DNA of 64,000 nt from an uncultured Bacteroidales bacterium (lineage in GTDB: Bacteria > Bacteroidota > Bacteroidia > Bacteroidales > FEN-979), in assembly GCA_903824935.1 (NCBI GenBank), contig CAIJYT010000078.1, forward strand, positions 1 through 64,000, read 5' to 3'. The position numbers and the translations under genes are program-made. Of the stretch, positions 30,632 through 39,441 are shown piece after piece (within the stretch, counting starts at the first letter, position 1; the number at the start of each line of letters is the position of its first letter). The notes below the pieces were generated by a model, which was not told the DNA's origin, searched no databases, and saw only the letters and a list, made by a program, of their open reading frames with translations.

Positions 30632-33600
30632 ATGAAAAAAATTTTCAGCCTGGCTTTCCTGTTAAGCCTGGCCTTTACGGCCATTTCTCAAGTCAATCCT
30701 TTATGGATGAGATATACCTCCATTTCCCCCGACGGTCAGACCATCCTGTTCTGTTACAAGGGGGATATCTGGTCGGTGCCTTCAGGCGGCGGGACTGCGG
30801 TCCCCCTCACGCTCACCGATTCGTACGAATACTGCCCTGTATGGAGCCATGACGGGAAAACCATAGCCTTTGCATCAGACCGGACCGGCAATTTCGACGT
30901 TTTTGTCATGCCTGCCACCGGGGGTGAAGCACGGCGGCTCACGTTCAATTCAAACCGGGAACTTCCCTGCAGCTTTACAGCCAACGACAAGGATGTCATG
31001 TTCTCTGCTTACAGGCAGGATGTCTCAACCAATGCCCAGTTCCCCATTTCAATGATGAGTGAACTTTACACTGTGCCGGTGGCCGGGGGCAAGGTCTCGC
31101 TTTTGCTTCCCACGCCGGCGCTAAACGCCGCTCCCACATCCACAGGCGATAAAATACTATTTGAAGACATCAAGGGATACGAAAGCGAGTGGCGCAAGCA
31201 CCATACCTCAGCCGTCGCACGTGACATATGGGTTTACGACTTTAACGCAGCAAAATATACGAAACTGACAAGTTTCAGCGGCGAGGACCGCAACCCCGTT
31301 TTTGACGGCAATGATAAGGACTTCTACTACCTGAGCGAACAAAGCGGTTCTTTCAATGTCTATAAGTCTTCTCTTGATAATCCTTCAGTATCAACCGCCA
31401 TTACTCATTTTTCGAAAAATCCGTTGCGTTTCCTGAGCAGGTCAAAAAACAACACTCTTTGCTTTACATACGACGGGGAGATATATACTCTTACACCCGG
31501 GGGTGAGCCAAAAAAGGTGAATGTTAAGGTGAATGCCGATGGCCGCAGTCCGCAGGAACGGATAACTCCGGTGAATGAAGGCTTTACCGAGATGAGGCTT
31601 GCGCCCAACGGCAAGGAATTCGTATATGTTTTCAGGGGAGAAGTTTTTGTAAGCAGCGTGGACGGCGGAATCACGAAACGCATAACCAATACTCCATTCC
31701 AGGAGCGGAACGTGAGCTTTAGTCCCGACGGCCGTTCGCTGGTCTATGCTGCCGAAGTGAACAACAGCTGGAATGTTTATACCTGCTCCATCGTGCGAAA
31801 GGAAGAACCTTATTTCTATGCCTCAACGGTGTTAAAAACGGAACCTCTCGTTGCAACCTCAGCTGAAGAGTTCCAGCCGGAGTATTCGCCCGACGGGAAG
31901 GAAGTGGCCTACCTCGAAAACAGGGTTGTGCTTAAGGTGATTAACCTGGCCAGCAAAGATACCCGCACTATCATGCCCTCCACCGTCAACTATTCCTACG
32001 CCGACGGTGACCAGTATTACCAGTGGTCGCCCGACAGCAAATGGTTCCTTGTGCAGTTCGCTCATCCCGACAGGATATTCACACCTGAAGTTGGCCTTGT
32101 ATCGGCCGACGGCAAAGGCGAGATCCATAACCTCACCCTCAGCGGATATGACGATTTCGTCCCAAAATGGTCTGTCAGCGGCAAGATGTTCATCTGGGGC
32201 TGCGACCGTGACGGCACCCGCGACCAGGGAGGAAACCTCTCAAGCTCCGACGTTTGGGCTATGTTCATGACAAAGGCAGCCTTTGACAGGTTCAGGCTTT
32301 CAAAAGAAGAACTTGCCCTTGTGAAAGAGCAGGAGGAGAAGGCTGAAAAGGATAAAAAGAAAACCGAAGAAAAATCCAAAGCCGGGGCCGATAAGAAAGC
32401 CAAGGCCGACACTGCTTCAAAGGATACTTCAAAAGTCGAAGTGAAAATCGACTGGGAGAACCTGACGGAGCGTAAGGCAAAACTCACCATACATACATCC
32501 CCTGCCAGCGACTGGCTGCTTTCGAAGGATTGTGAAAAACTTTACTACATCACGAGCTTTGAAAAGGATAATGATCTGTGGATGACTGACCTGCGGACGA
32601 AGGAGACCAAGATGTTCGCAAAGATCGGCGCCAAGTCGGTCAACATGCAACTTTCGGGTGACGGGAAATTCCTGCTTTTGATGGCAGACGGCAAACCCAT
32701 GAAGGTGGATGCCGAAAGCGGCAAGGCCGAACCCCTTAAAGCATCGGGCGAAATGCTGCTAAAACCTGCAGATGAACGGAACTACATCTTCGACCATGCC
32801 TGGCGTCAGTTTAAAGAGAAATTCTATGTGGTGGACATGCAGGGCGTTGACTGGGACTATTATTATTCTGTTTATAAGAAATTCCTTCCATTTATAAACA
32901 ACAATTATGACTTCGCCGAGATGCTCAGCGAAATGCTGGGAGAAATGAACGCATCCCATACCGGCTGCGGCTACCGCGCAGGAAAGCCCAATACGGACCA
33001 AACGGCCGATCTCGGGCTTTTCTTCGATTATTCATATAAAGGCCAGGGGCTGAAGATTTCGGAAGTGGTTGAAGACGGTCCGCTTGATAAAGCAGTATCA
33101 AAGGTTAAGGCAGGCAACATCATCGAGAAGGTTGACGGACTCATTCTAAACGACACCATGGATTTTTACAGTATCCTGAACCGTAAGACCGGTAAGCTCA
33201 CCCTGCTTTCGGTGTATGATCCGGCTTCAGGCAGCCGCTGGGAGGAAAGCGTGAAACCTATTAACGGCGGTGAGGCTAATGAGCTCCTTTACAGACGCTG
33301 GGTGAAGAACCGCCGTGCCGAAGTTGAACAGCTGTCGGGCGGAAAAATAGGGTATGTGCATGTGCGCTCCATGGACGATGCCAGCATGAGGATCGTCTTC
33401 GAGGAAGCCCTCGGGCGTAATTTTGAGAAAAAAGCACTTATCGTGGATACCCGATTCAATGGTGGAGGCAATATCCATGAGCAGCTGAGTGATTTCCTGA
33501 GCGGGAAAAAATATATAGATATTATCCCTCATGGGCAGTATATTGGTTCAGAGCCTTACGACAAATGGGTGAAGCCATCCATTGTACTCATAGGAGAAAG

Positions 33601-33886
33601 CAATTATTCAGATGCACATCTCTTCCCGGTTGCATACAAGCTAAAGAATATAGGAAAAACCCTGGGCATGCCTGTCCCGGGTACAGGGACTTTTGTATGG
33701 TGGGAATCCCAGATCGATCCCACCCTTGTCTTTGGAATTCCTATGGGCGGATGGCGTATGCCTGATGGACGCTTTTGTGAAAACAACCAGTTGGAACCCG
33801 ATATCAGGGTAGCAAATGACCCGGGTATGCTTTCATCAGGCCATGATCAGCAGATCGAAGCTGCAGTGAAGGAGCTTATGAAGTAG
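30632..33886 (+). CDS. Tricorn-protease-like S41 peptidase (TolB-like beta-propellers + PDZ-like domain + S41 catalytic domain).
   Basis: 1084 aa with a signal peptide. Repeated WD40/TolB-like blades (SPDG..I.F...GDIW; SHDGKTIAFASDRTGNFDVFVM). C-terminus has DTRFNGGGNIHEQL (S41 DxRxNxGG motif). Confidence 0.8.
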   Translation: MKKIFSLAFLLSLAFTAISQVNPLWMRYTSISPDGQTILFCYKGDIWSVPSGGGTAVPLTLTDSYEYCPVWSHDGKTIAFASDRTGNFDVFVMPATGGEARRLTFNSNRELPCSFTANDKDVMFSAYRQDVSTNAQFPISMMSELYTVPVAGGKVSLLLPTPALNAAPTSTGDKILFEDIKGYESEWRKHHTSAVARDIWVYDFNAAKYTKLTSFSGEDRNPVFDGNDKDFYYLSEQSGSFNVYKSSLDNPSVSTAITHFSKNPLRFLSRSKNNTLCFTYDGEIYTLTPGGEPKKVNVKVNADGRSPQERITPVNEGFTEMRLAPNGKEFVYVFRGEVFVSSVDGGITKRITNTPFQERNVSFSPDGRSLVYAAEVNNSWNVYTCSIVRKEEPYFYASTVLKTEPLVATSAEEFQPEYSPDGKEVAYLENRVVLKVINLASKDTRTIMPSTVNYSYADGDQYYQWSPDSKWFLVQFAHPDRIFTPEVGLVSADGKGEIHNLTLSGYDDFVPKWSVSGKMFIWGCDRDGTRDQGGNLSSSDVWAMFMTKAAFDRFRLSKEELALVKEQEEKAEKDKKKTEEKSKAGADKKAKADTASKDTSKVEVKIDWENLTERKAKLTIHTSPASDWLLSKDCEKLYYITSFEKDNDLWMTDLRTKETKMFAKIGAKSVNMQLSGDGKFLLLMADGKPMKVDAESGKAEPLKASGEMLLKPADERNYIFDHAWRQFKEKFYVVDMQGVDWDYYYSVYKKFLPFINNNYDFAEMLSEMLGEMNASHTGCGYRAGKPNTDQTADLGLFFDYSYKGQGLKISEVVEDGPLDKAVSKVKAGNIIEKVDGLILNDTMDFYSILNRKTGKLTLLSVYDPASGSRWEESVKPINGGEANELLYRRWVKNRRAEVEQLSGGKIGYVHVRSMDDASMRIVFEEALGRNFEKKALIVDTRFNGGGNIHEQLSDFLSGKKYIDIIPHGQYIGSEPYDKWVKPSIVLIGESNYSDAHLFPVAYKLKNIGKTLGMPVPGTGTFVWWESQIDPTLVFGIPMGGWRMPDGRFCENNQLEPDIRVANDPGMLSSGHDQQIEAAVKELMK

Positions 33887-33971
33887 GCTTTAATCCGGCC
33901 AAGCGGATCTGACTCCTGGTTGCAGAGTTCTTTTTGATTGTGGGTTCCTTTAATTGAATAAATAAAATATG

Positions 33972-35045
33972 TTATGACCTGAGGTGGTTCTTTAATAAGA
34001 AATACTGACCTTTCTTAAAAATCGGAGTAAATGATTTTCCAACCTGGCTCTCTAAAAATTCATTCATCGCCAGATAAGCACCATATAACTGAGGTGTCGA
34101 AGTCGGATCTTCTGCAATAATAATTCCGCCATCAGCTAACCTTTCAGCGCATTTATATAAAGCAGAAAGAGTGGGTTCATACATATCAACATCAATGTTT
34201 GCAAGCGAAATTTTATCTATTGCCTCCGGTAATTCATCTGAGCAGATATTCCCTTCAATAAGTTCAAAAGGTGCTCCGGCATCTGCCAGGGTATCACTGA
34301 TATATTTCATTGTCTCCTGCACGCCTAATAATTTATGAGTGCCTTGCCATACAACGTCGAGACTGTTTTTAGCTTCTGCATAATTAAATCCATCAAACGT
34401 ATCAATCAGCCATGCTTTGCGTGATGCAACCTGGCTTACCCGCGATTGCTCATTTAAGAAGTTAAGCGTGGTCAAAGATGATCCTCCAAGAAAGACTCCG
34501 ATTTCAACAAAATCACCCTGAACATTTTTAGTCAGTTCAAGAGCTTCACACAAATTTTCATGAACAACCATTACCATGTGAGAAATGCGGTCAGATTTTT
34601 CCCATGTTTTTTTAATTGCATTGTAAGCTAATCGGTTTACAAACCGGTATTCGGTTTTTGTTGAATCCTGATGCGGCATGTATTTTCCTCCATGCTCTTT
34701 GATTTTTTTCAAAACAGGTAAAGCATCCGTATCACAGGTAAAGAAAATAAAAATAAGAGAATCGGGCATCTCTTCAACAGGGATTTCATCAAGTGAATAG
34801 ATGATTTTTCCTATATCCGATACATGATCGGGTAAACTGTGGCAATCGGTAAGAATATATTTCTTAAGACCAGGATATCTGATGTTTGCAATTTTTAAAT
34901 TGATTGGGCTTGAAAACAGTTTTTCCGGTGGAATTCTGACAAACGGATCTTCACCAGGGGCTATCTTTTCAGCCAGCTTTGACTTTTCTTTATTTAACAG
35001 ATCATCTCGTACCAATGACATTCTTTCATCAAATTGATTTTGCAT
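33972..35045 (-). CDS. TylF/MycF-like (macrocin O-methyltransferase family) SAM-dependent methyltransferase.
   Basis: 357 aa. The C-terminal half has GDFVEIGVFLGGSSL (class I MTase Gly-rich loop within the TylF-type fold) and DGGIIIAEDP. Confidence 0.55.
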   Translation of the reverse strand: MQNQFDERMSLVRDDLLNKEKSKLAEKIAPGEDPFVRIPPEKLFSSPINLKIANIRYPGLKKYILTDCHSLPDHVSDIGKIIYSLDEIPVEEMPDSLIFIFFTCDTDALPVLKKIKEHGGKYMPHQDSTKTEYRFVNRLAYNAIKKTWEKSDRISHMVMVVHENLCEALELTKNVQGDFVEIGVFLGGSSLTTLNFLNEQSRVSQVASRKAWLIDTFDGFNYAEAKNSLDVVWQGTHKLLGVQETMKYISDTLADAGAPFELIEGNICSDELPEAIDKISLANIDVDMYEPTLSALYKCAERLADGGIIIAEDPTSTPQLYGAYLAMNEFLESQVGKSFTPIFKKGQYFLLKNHLRS

Positions 35046-35367
35046 GGTTTTATTCTTTTATGATTTCAGGATTATTCAATAATTTGCGAACGTATTACGA
35101 ACAGCTAATTTAACAATTCTTTCGATCAATTCTTTGGACCGATGCGGTCGTACCGATGATAAAATAACCTGTATGCACTTAAGTTGATCCGGTGAAGATA
35201 TTGTTTAAAAAGGCTTATGATCGCAATGACAGGCATATGAAAAATAGTTGGTGGAAAAAGGTTGTTTATAGAAAAACAATATTATACCTTTATTGCATTA
35301 CAAACCGAACTGAAACCTATTGTTAGAGGTGCCAAAAGTAATATTGACCCAAAAGGGGAGGATTATC

Positions 35368-35397
35368 ATGGAACTGGTTATTTGCACAGGATATTAA
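35368..35397 (+). CDS. 9-codon upstream ORF (MELVICTGY) with a strong Shine-Dalgarno sequence, ending 1 nt before the rSAM start. A possible leader/uORF.
   Basis: aaaaggggaggattatcATGgaactggttatttgcacaggatatTAAcATG: GGAGG sits 6 nt upstream of the ATG. Such SD sequences are otherwise rare in this window. Confidence 0.25.
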   Translation: MELVICTGY

Positions 35398-35398
35398 C

Positions 35399-37027
35399 AT
35401 GACTGCGAAAAAACGGATTTTACTGATAATGCCTGAATGGAGGTTGACCACTTCGCGCTGGAGCCTGAATGACCACCCTTACATTAAAAAAAAAGCTTTT
35501 ATTCCTCCCATATCGTTGGCAATAATTGCCGCAATTACTCCTGATAACTTTGAAACTGATATTTGGGATGAAAGTGTCCACGGCTTTATTGGTGATGACA
35601 CCCGGTTCCCTGTGCCCTATGATATTGTTGGTATAGGAGGATATTTTACACATTTTTTTCGGGCTGTGGCCATTGCAAATTTCTTTAAAAAAAGTGGTGT
35701 GTTAGTCGTTGTTGGAGGAGCCGGAGTTACAGCTTCCCCAAATGAGTATCGCGATCATTTTGATGTTATGATATTGGGTGAGAGTGAAAATATCTGGCCT
35801 GGGTTTCTAAATGATTTTCTGGAGGGGAGTTATAAAAAAACATATAAAGACAAGAATCTGGTCGACATATCACTTTCCCCAAAACCTAAATGGGGAAACC
35901 TTAAGGCCTTGATGCTAAACAACTATGCAGTTGGCGCAATTCAAACTACAAGGGGATGTCCTTTCAGATGTGAATTTTGCAATGTGTGGAAGGTTTTCGG
36001 AAGAAAGATGCGTACCAAAACCAAACAACAGGTTATAGAAGAGATTGAAGAACTGAGTGATGCCGGGATGAAACATATTGCTTTATGTGAAGATAATTTT
36101 TTCGGAAATCCAAAATACACCAAAGACATCTTAAGGGGATTAATTGATTTGAACAAAACTCAGACAGATCCTTTATATTATTATACCGAGATCTCTATCA
36201 ATATTGCCTCCGATGACGAAGTCCTGAAAATGCTTGCCGATGCCGGGTTTGCCGGTCTTTTTATAGGCGTTGAATCACCCAGCAGAGAAAGCCTTAACGA
36301 GTCGAAGAAGGTACAAAACCTGAAAGGTGATCTGATTGAAAATTGTAAAAAAATACAATCGTACGGCTTGCCTGTTGAAGCCTCCATGATTGTTGGATTT
36401 GATCATGATGATGAAGGGATTTTTGACATGCAGTTTGAATTCTTACAGAAGGCATGCATTCCCTATCCGCGAATACGTATGCTACAGGCCAGACCAGGAA
36501 CTGAAACATTCAGGAAGTTGATGCTGCAAAACCGTGTACTTGACACATCGAAACTCCATTCACAAGGATCATATTTTGACATGTACCTGATACCCAATAT
36601 AATTCCTGCCAAGATGACGCGTATCACCTTATTCGGACAATATGTAAAATTGCTGGAGCGGCTTTATGACTGGGATAATTTCACAGAACGGATGACAGGC
36701 TTTATAGATTCAATTGAGTACATCCCGGAAAGGGATCGTAAACAGGAGGTCAGGGGTACTGACCTAACACTGCCGCAGGAGTTAACAAATTTTATTTCCT
36801 TACTGGGTGAAAAGGAGAGGCAATGTGTTGTGAGGATATTGAATCATACGGCTAAAAAAGCGCCTCATCAATTATATAATGTTGTTTCGATAATTGTAAG
36901 ACAGCAATTAGAGGCTCAAAATCTGGAGATTACACGGAAATCCCTTACGAATCAAATAGAATTCGAGCGAAATCTCGATCTTAGTAAATTTATTCTCAAG
37001 GATTCAACTGCCAATGGCACCGTTTAA
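35399..37027 (+). CDS. B12 (cobalamin)-binding radical SAM enzyme with a DUF4070-like C-terminal domain (HpnP/class-B rSAM architecture).
   Basis: 542 aa. N-terminal B12-binding Rossmann-like region (ILLIMPEW ... VVVGGAGVTASP ... DVMILGESE). Radical-SAM cluster motif TTRGCPFRCEFCNV (CxxxCxxC). Confidence 0.8.
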   Translation: MTAKKRILLIMPEWRLTTSRWSLNDHPYIKKKAFIPPISLAIIAAITPDNFETDIWDESVHGFIGDDTRFPVPYDIVGIGGYFTHFFRAVAIANFFKKSGVLVVVGGAGVTASPNEYRDHFDVMILGESENIWPGFLNDFLEGSYKKTYKDKNLVDISLSPKPKWGNLKALMLNNYAVGAIQTTRGCPFRCEFCNVWKVFGRKMRTKTKQQVIEEIEELSDAGMKHIALCEDNFFGNPKYTKDILRGLIDLNKTQTDPLYYYTEISINIASDDEVLKMLADAGFAGLFIGVESPSRESLNESKKVQNLKGDLIENCKKIQSYGLPVEASMIVGFDHDDEGIFDMQFEFLQKACIPYPRIRMLQARPGTETFRKLMLQNRVLDTSKLHSQGSYFDMYLIPNIIPAKMTRITLFGQYVKLLERLYDWDNFTERMTGFIDSIEYIPERDRKQEVRGTDLTLPQELTNFISLLGEKERQCVVRILNHTAKKAPHQLYNVVSIIVRQQLEAQNLEITRKSLTNQIEFERNLDLSKFILKDSTANGTV

Positions 37028-37037
37028 AACTGAATGT

Positions 37038-38678
37038 ATGGATGTAACCTCAGTTGGAAGAAAAAGAATTTTGCTTGTTATGCCAGACTGGAGGTCGGCT
37101 ACTTCTAAATGGACTCCAAACGATCATCCATACCTGAATAAAAAAGCTTTAATGCCCCCGTTGTCCTTAGCCACCATTGCTGCCCTGACCCCTGAGGATT
37201 TCGAAATTGATATCTGGGACGAAAGTGTTCATGGCTTTATAAATGATGACACCCGGTTTCCGGTATCCTATGATATTGTTGGCATTGGAGGATATTACTC
37301 GCACATCTTCCGCGTACTAACCCTTGCAGGAATCTTTAAACGCAGAGGTGATTTCCTGGTTGCAGGCGGAGCTGGTGTTACAGCGTCACCTAAAGAATAC
37401 CGTGAGTATTTTGATGTACTGATATTGGGAGAAAGTGAATATATCTGGCCTCAGTTTTTACATGATTTTCTTGATGGAAATTATAAAAAAACATATAAGG
37501 AGATCAATCCTGTAAATATGGCACATTCCCCCAAGCCCAAATGGGGAAATATTAAGGCTTTGATGGCAGGCAACTATACCGTTGGCGCGGTTCAAACTAC
37601 AAGGGGGTGCCCTTTCAGATGCGACTTTTGCAATGAATGGAGAATCTTTGGAAGAAAGGTGCGTACAAAAAGCACACAACAGGTTATTGAGGAAATTGAA
37701 GAGCTTAGTAATGCCGGGTTGAAACAAATCGTTTTTGGGGTTGATAATTTTTACGGGAATCACAAATATGCCAGAGAAATCCTGACTGCAATAATTGAAT
37801 TTAATAAAACGCAGTCAGAGCCTTTGCATTTCATTACTCAGATATCCGTTACCATCTCTTCCGACGATGAATTCCTGAAAATGATGGCCGATGCTGGATT
37901 TAACGGTCTGTTCATTGGCATTGAATCTCCCAAAGCAGCAAGCCTTATCGAGTCGAAAAAGTTACAAAACTTAAAAGGTGATCTGTTAGAAAATTGTAAA
38001 AAAATACTTTCTTATGGTTTGCCTGTTGAAGCCTCCATGATTGTGGGATTTGATGAGGATGATGAAAGTATTTTTGATGCGCAGTTTGATTTTATACAAA
38101 AATCATGCATTCCATACCCGCGCATCCGTTTGCTGCAGGCTAAACCTTGTACTGACCTTTTTGACAAGCTGATCCTTGAAAGGCGGGTACTCGACACATC
38201 GAAACTTCATTTGGCAGAAAACTATTTTGACACTTACCTGATTTCCAATATCATTCCGGCTTCGATGACCCGTATAAGCTTATTTGAAAATTATTTAAAA
38301 TTATTGGACCGGGTATTTGACATGGATAATTTCACGGAACGGATGATGGGCTTTATAGACCTTATCAACTACTGTCCGGAACGAGAAAAAAAAGAAGATG
38401 TCCGGATAATAGGTGGAAAATTACCTGCAGAGTTAAATAATTTCATCCGTAAAATTGATCCGAAAGAGCAAGATTGTGTTGAAAAGATATTGAATCATGC
38501 TGCAAGCAAGGTCCCACACCAGTTGAATAATATCGTTGGCTTAATTGTAAGGCAGCAATTTGAAGCTCAGCAGGTGGAAGAAACAAAAAAGACTATTTTA
38601 TCTCAAATTGAATTTGAGCGAAATCTTGATTTGAGTCAATGCATTCTTGAAGTTTCTGAGGGAATTGACGATTTATGA
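37038..38678 (+). CDS. Second B12-binding radical SAM enzyme, a tandem paralog of the previous gene (~60% aa identity; an alternative ATG is at 37014).
   Basis: TTRGCPFRCDFCNEW. Motifs are shared in the same order with the upstream gene (ASMIVGFD.DDE, CIPYPRIR.LQA.P.T, ERNLDLS), and the DNA is also clearly similar. Confidence 0.8.
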   Translation: MDVTSVGRKRILLVMPDWRSATSKWTPNDHPYLNKKALMPPLSLATIAALTPEDFEIDIWDESVHGFINDDTRFPVSYDIVGIGGYYSHIFRVLTLAGIFKRRGDFLVAGGAGVTASPKEYREYFDVLILGESEYIWPQFLHDFLDGNYKKTYKEINPVNMAHSPKPKWGNIKALMAGNYTVGAVQTTRGCPFRCDFCNEWRIFGRKVRTKSTQQVIEEIEELSNAGLKQIVFGVDNFYGNHKYAREILTAIIEFNKTQSEPLHFITQISVTISSDDEFLKMMADAGFNGLFIGIESPKAASLIESKKLQNLKGDLLENCKKILSYGLPVEASMIVGFDEDDESIFDAQFDFIQKSCIPYPRIRLLQAKPCTDLFDKLILERRVLDTSKLHLAENYFDTYLISNIIPASMTRISLFENYLKLLDRVFDMDNFTERMMGFIDLINYCPEREKKEDVRIIGGKLPAELNNFIRKIDPKEQDCVEKILNHAASKVPHQLNNIVGLIVRQQFEAQQVEETKKTILSQIEFERNLDLSQCILEVSEGIDDL

Positions 38679-38733
38679 TAATGTTTGAATGAGTTTGCAA
38701 AATTTATTTACACCCTCAAACTAATCTTGTCTT

Positions 38734-39441
38734 TTAAGTCAAACAGCTCATTGGTGCGATGAGCAACCGGCTCATCAATTCATCAAGATCTTTTTCTGAC
38801 GGGAAGGCTACAGACAATACCCCGCCCGGGATAGCAACAGAAAGAGCCGTGAACATCCTTAGGTGTTTAAACCGGCACCGGCGGATCAGGCGAGGCTCTT
38901 CAGAAACAGTCTCTATATGATCTGTTTCATACCATTCATGCGGAACCCTGAATCCCAGCCTTATTGCCTTTCCCGCGGCTTCTTTCGCAGTCCAGAGGAC
39001 GTGAAACAACTCAAGCTCATCCTTTTCTTTTCTGCACATCTCCTTCTCCCAATCGCTGAGTACTATGGGTATGATTGTGCGGTTTTTCTCCGTGATGCTT
39101 TCCACATCAACTCCCATCATGAAGGTCAAAGGAAAACACAATCCGGCATTCAGAAAATTACCATGAGCTATTGAGACTCCATACGGCTGCTGAAGGTTGC
39201 TGATATGGGGTTCGCCCAGGCTGCCAGTTGTGATGTGTATTTCAGCAGAAGGAATATCAGGGAATACTTTTTCAATGGCCATTTTTCCTGCTATCCTTCC
39301 GTGAAAGAATGATCTTCTGCGGATATCCGATCCAAAAGCACCCGCGGTTTTTATCTCTTCAGGGTGTAGCATCTGACGAACTTTTTCCCTGAGTTCTTCG
39401 TCGTTGAATGTTGGAAACATTACGAGGCCGGCTGATATCAT
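38734..39441 (-). CDS. Sfp-type 4'-phosphopantetheinyl transferase.
   Basis: Carries GVDVESI and WTAKEAAGKAIRLG (W/FxxKEAxxK). Its ATG at 39441 overlaps the NRPS TGA stop by 4 nt (ATGA). Confidence 0.75.
   Translation of the reverse strand: MISAGLVMFPTFNDEELREKVRQMLHPEEIKTAGAFGSDIRRRSFFHGRIAGKMAIEKVFPDIPSAEIHITTGSLGEPHISNLQQPYGVSIAHGNFLNAGLCFPLTFMMGVDVESITEKNRTIIPIVLSDWEKEMCRKEKDELELFHVLWTAKEAAGKAIRLGFRVPHEWYETDHIETVSEEPRLIRRCRFKHLRMFTALSVAIPGGVLSVAFPSEKDLDELMSRLLIAPMSCLT

Noticed and set aside
38679-38733. Possible convergent terminator between rSAM-2 and the PPTase (gtttga...tcaaac)
   Set aside because: The stem is only 6 bp with a 27-nt loop and no adjacent T-run. It is too weak to call.
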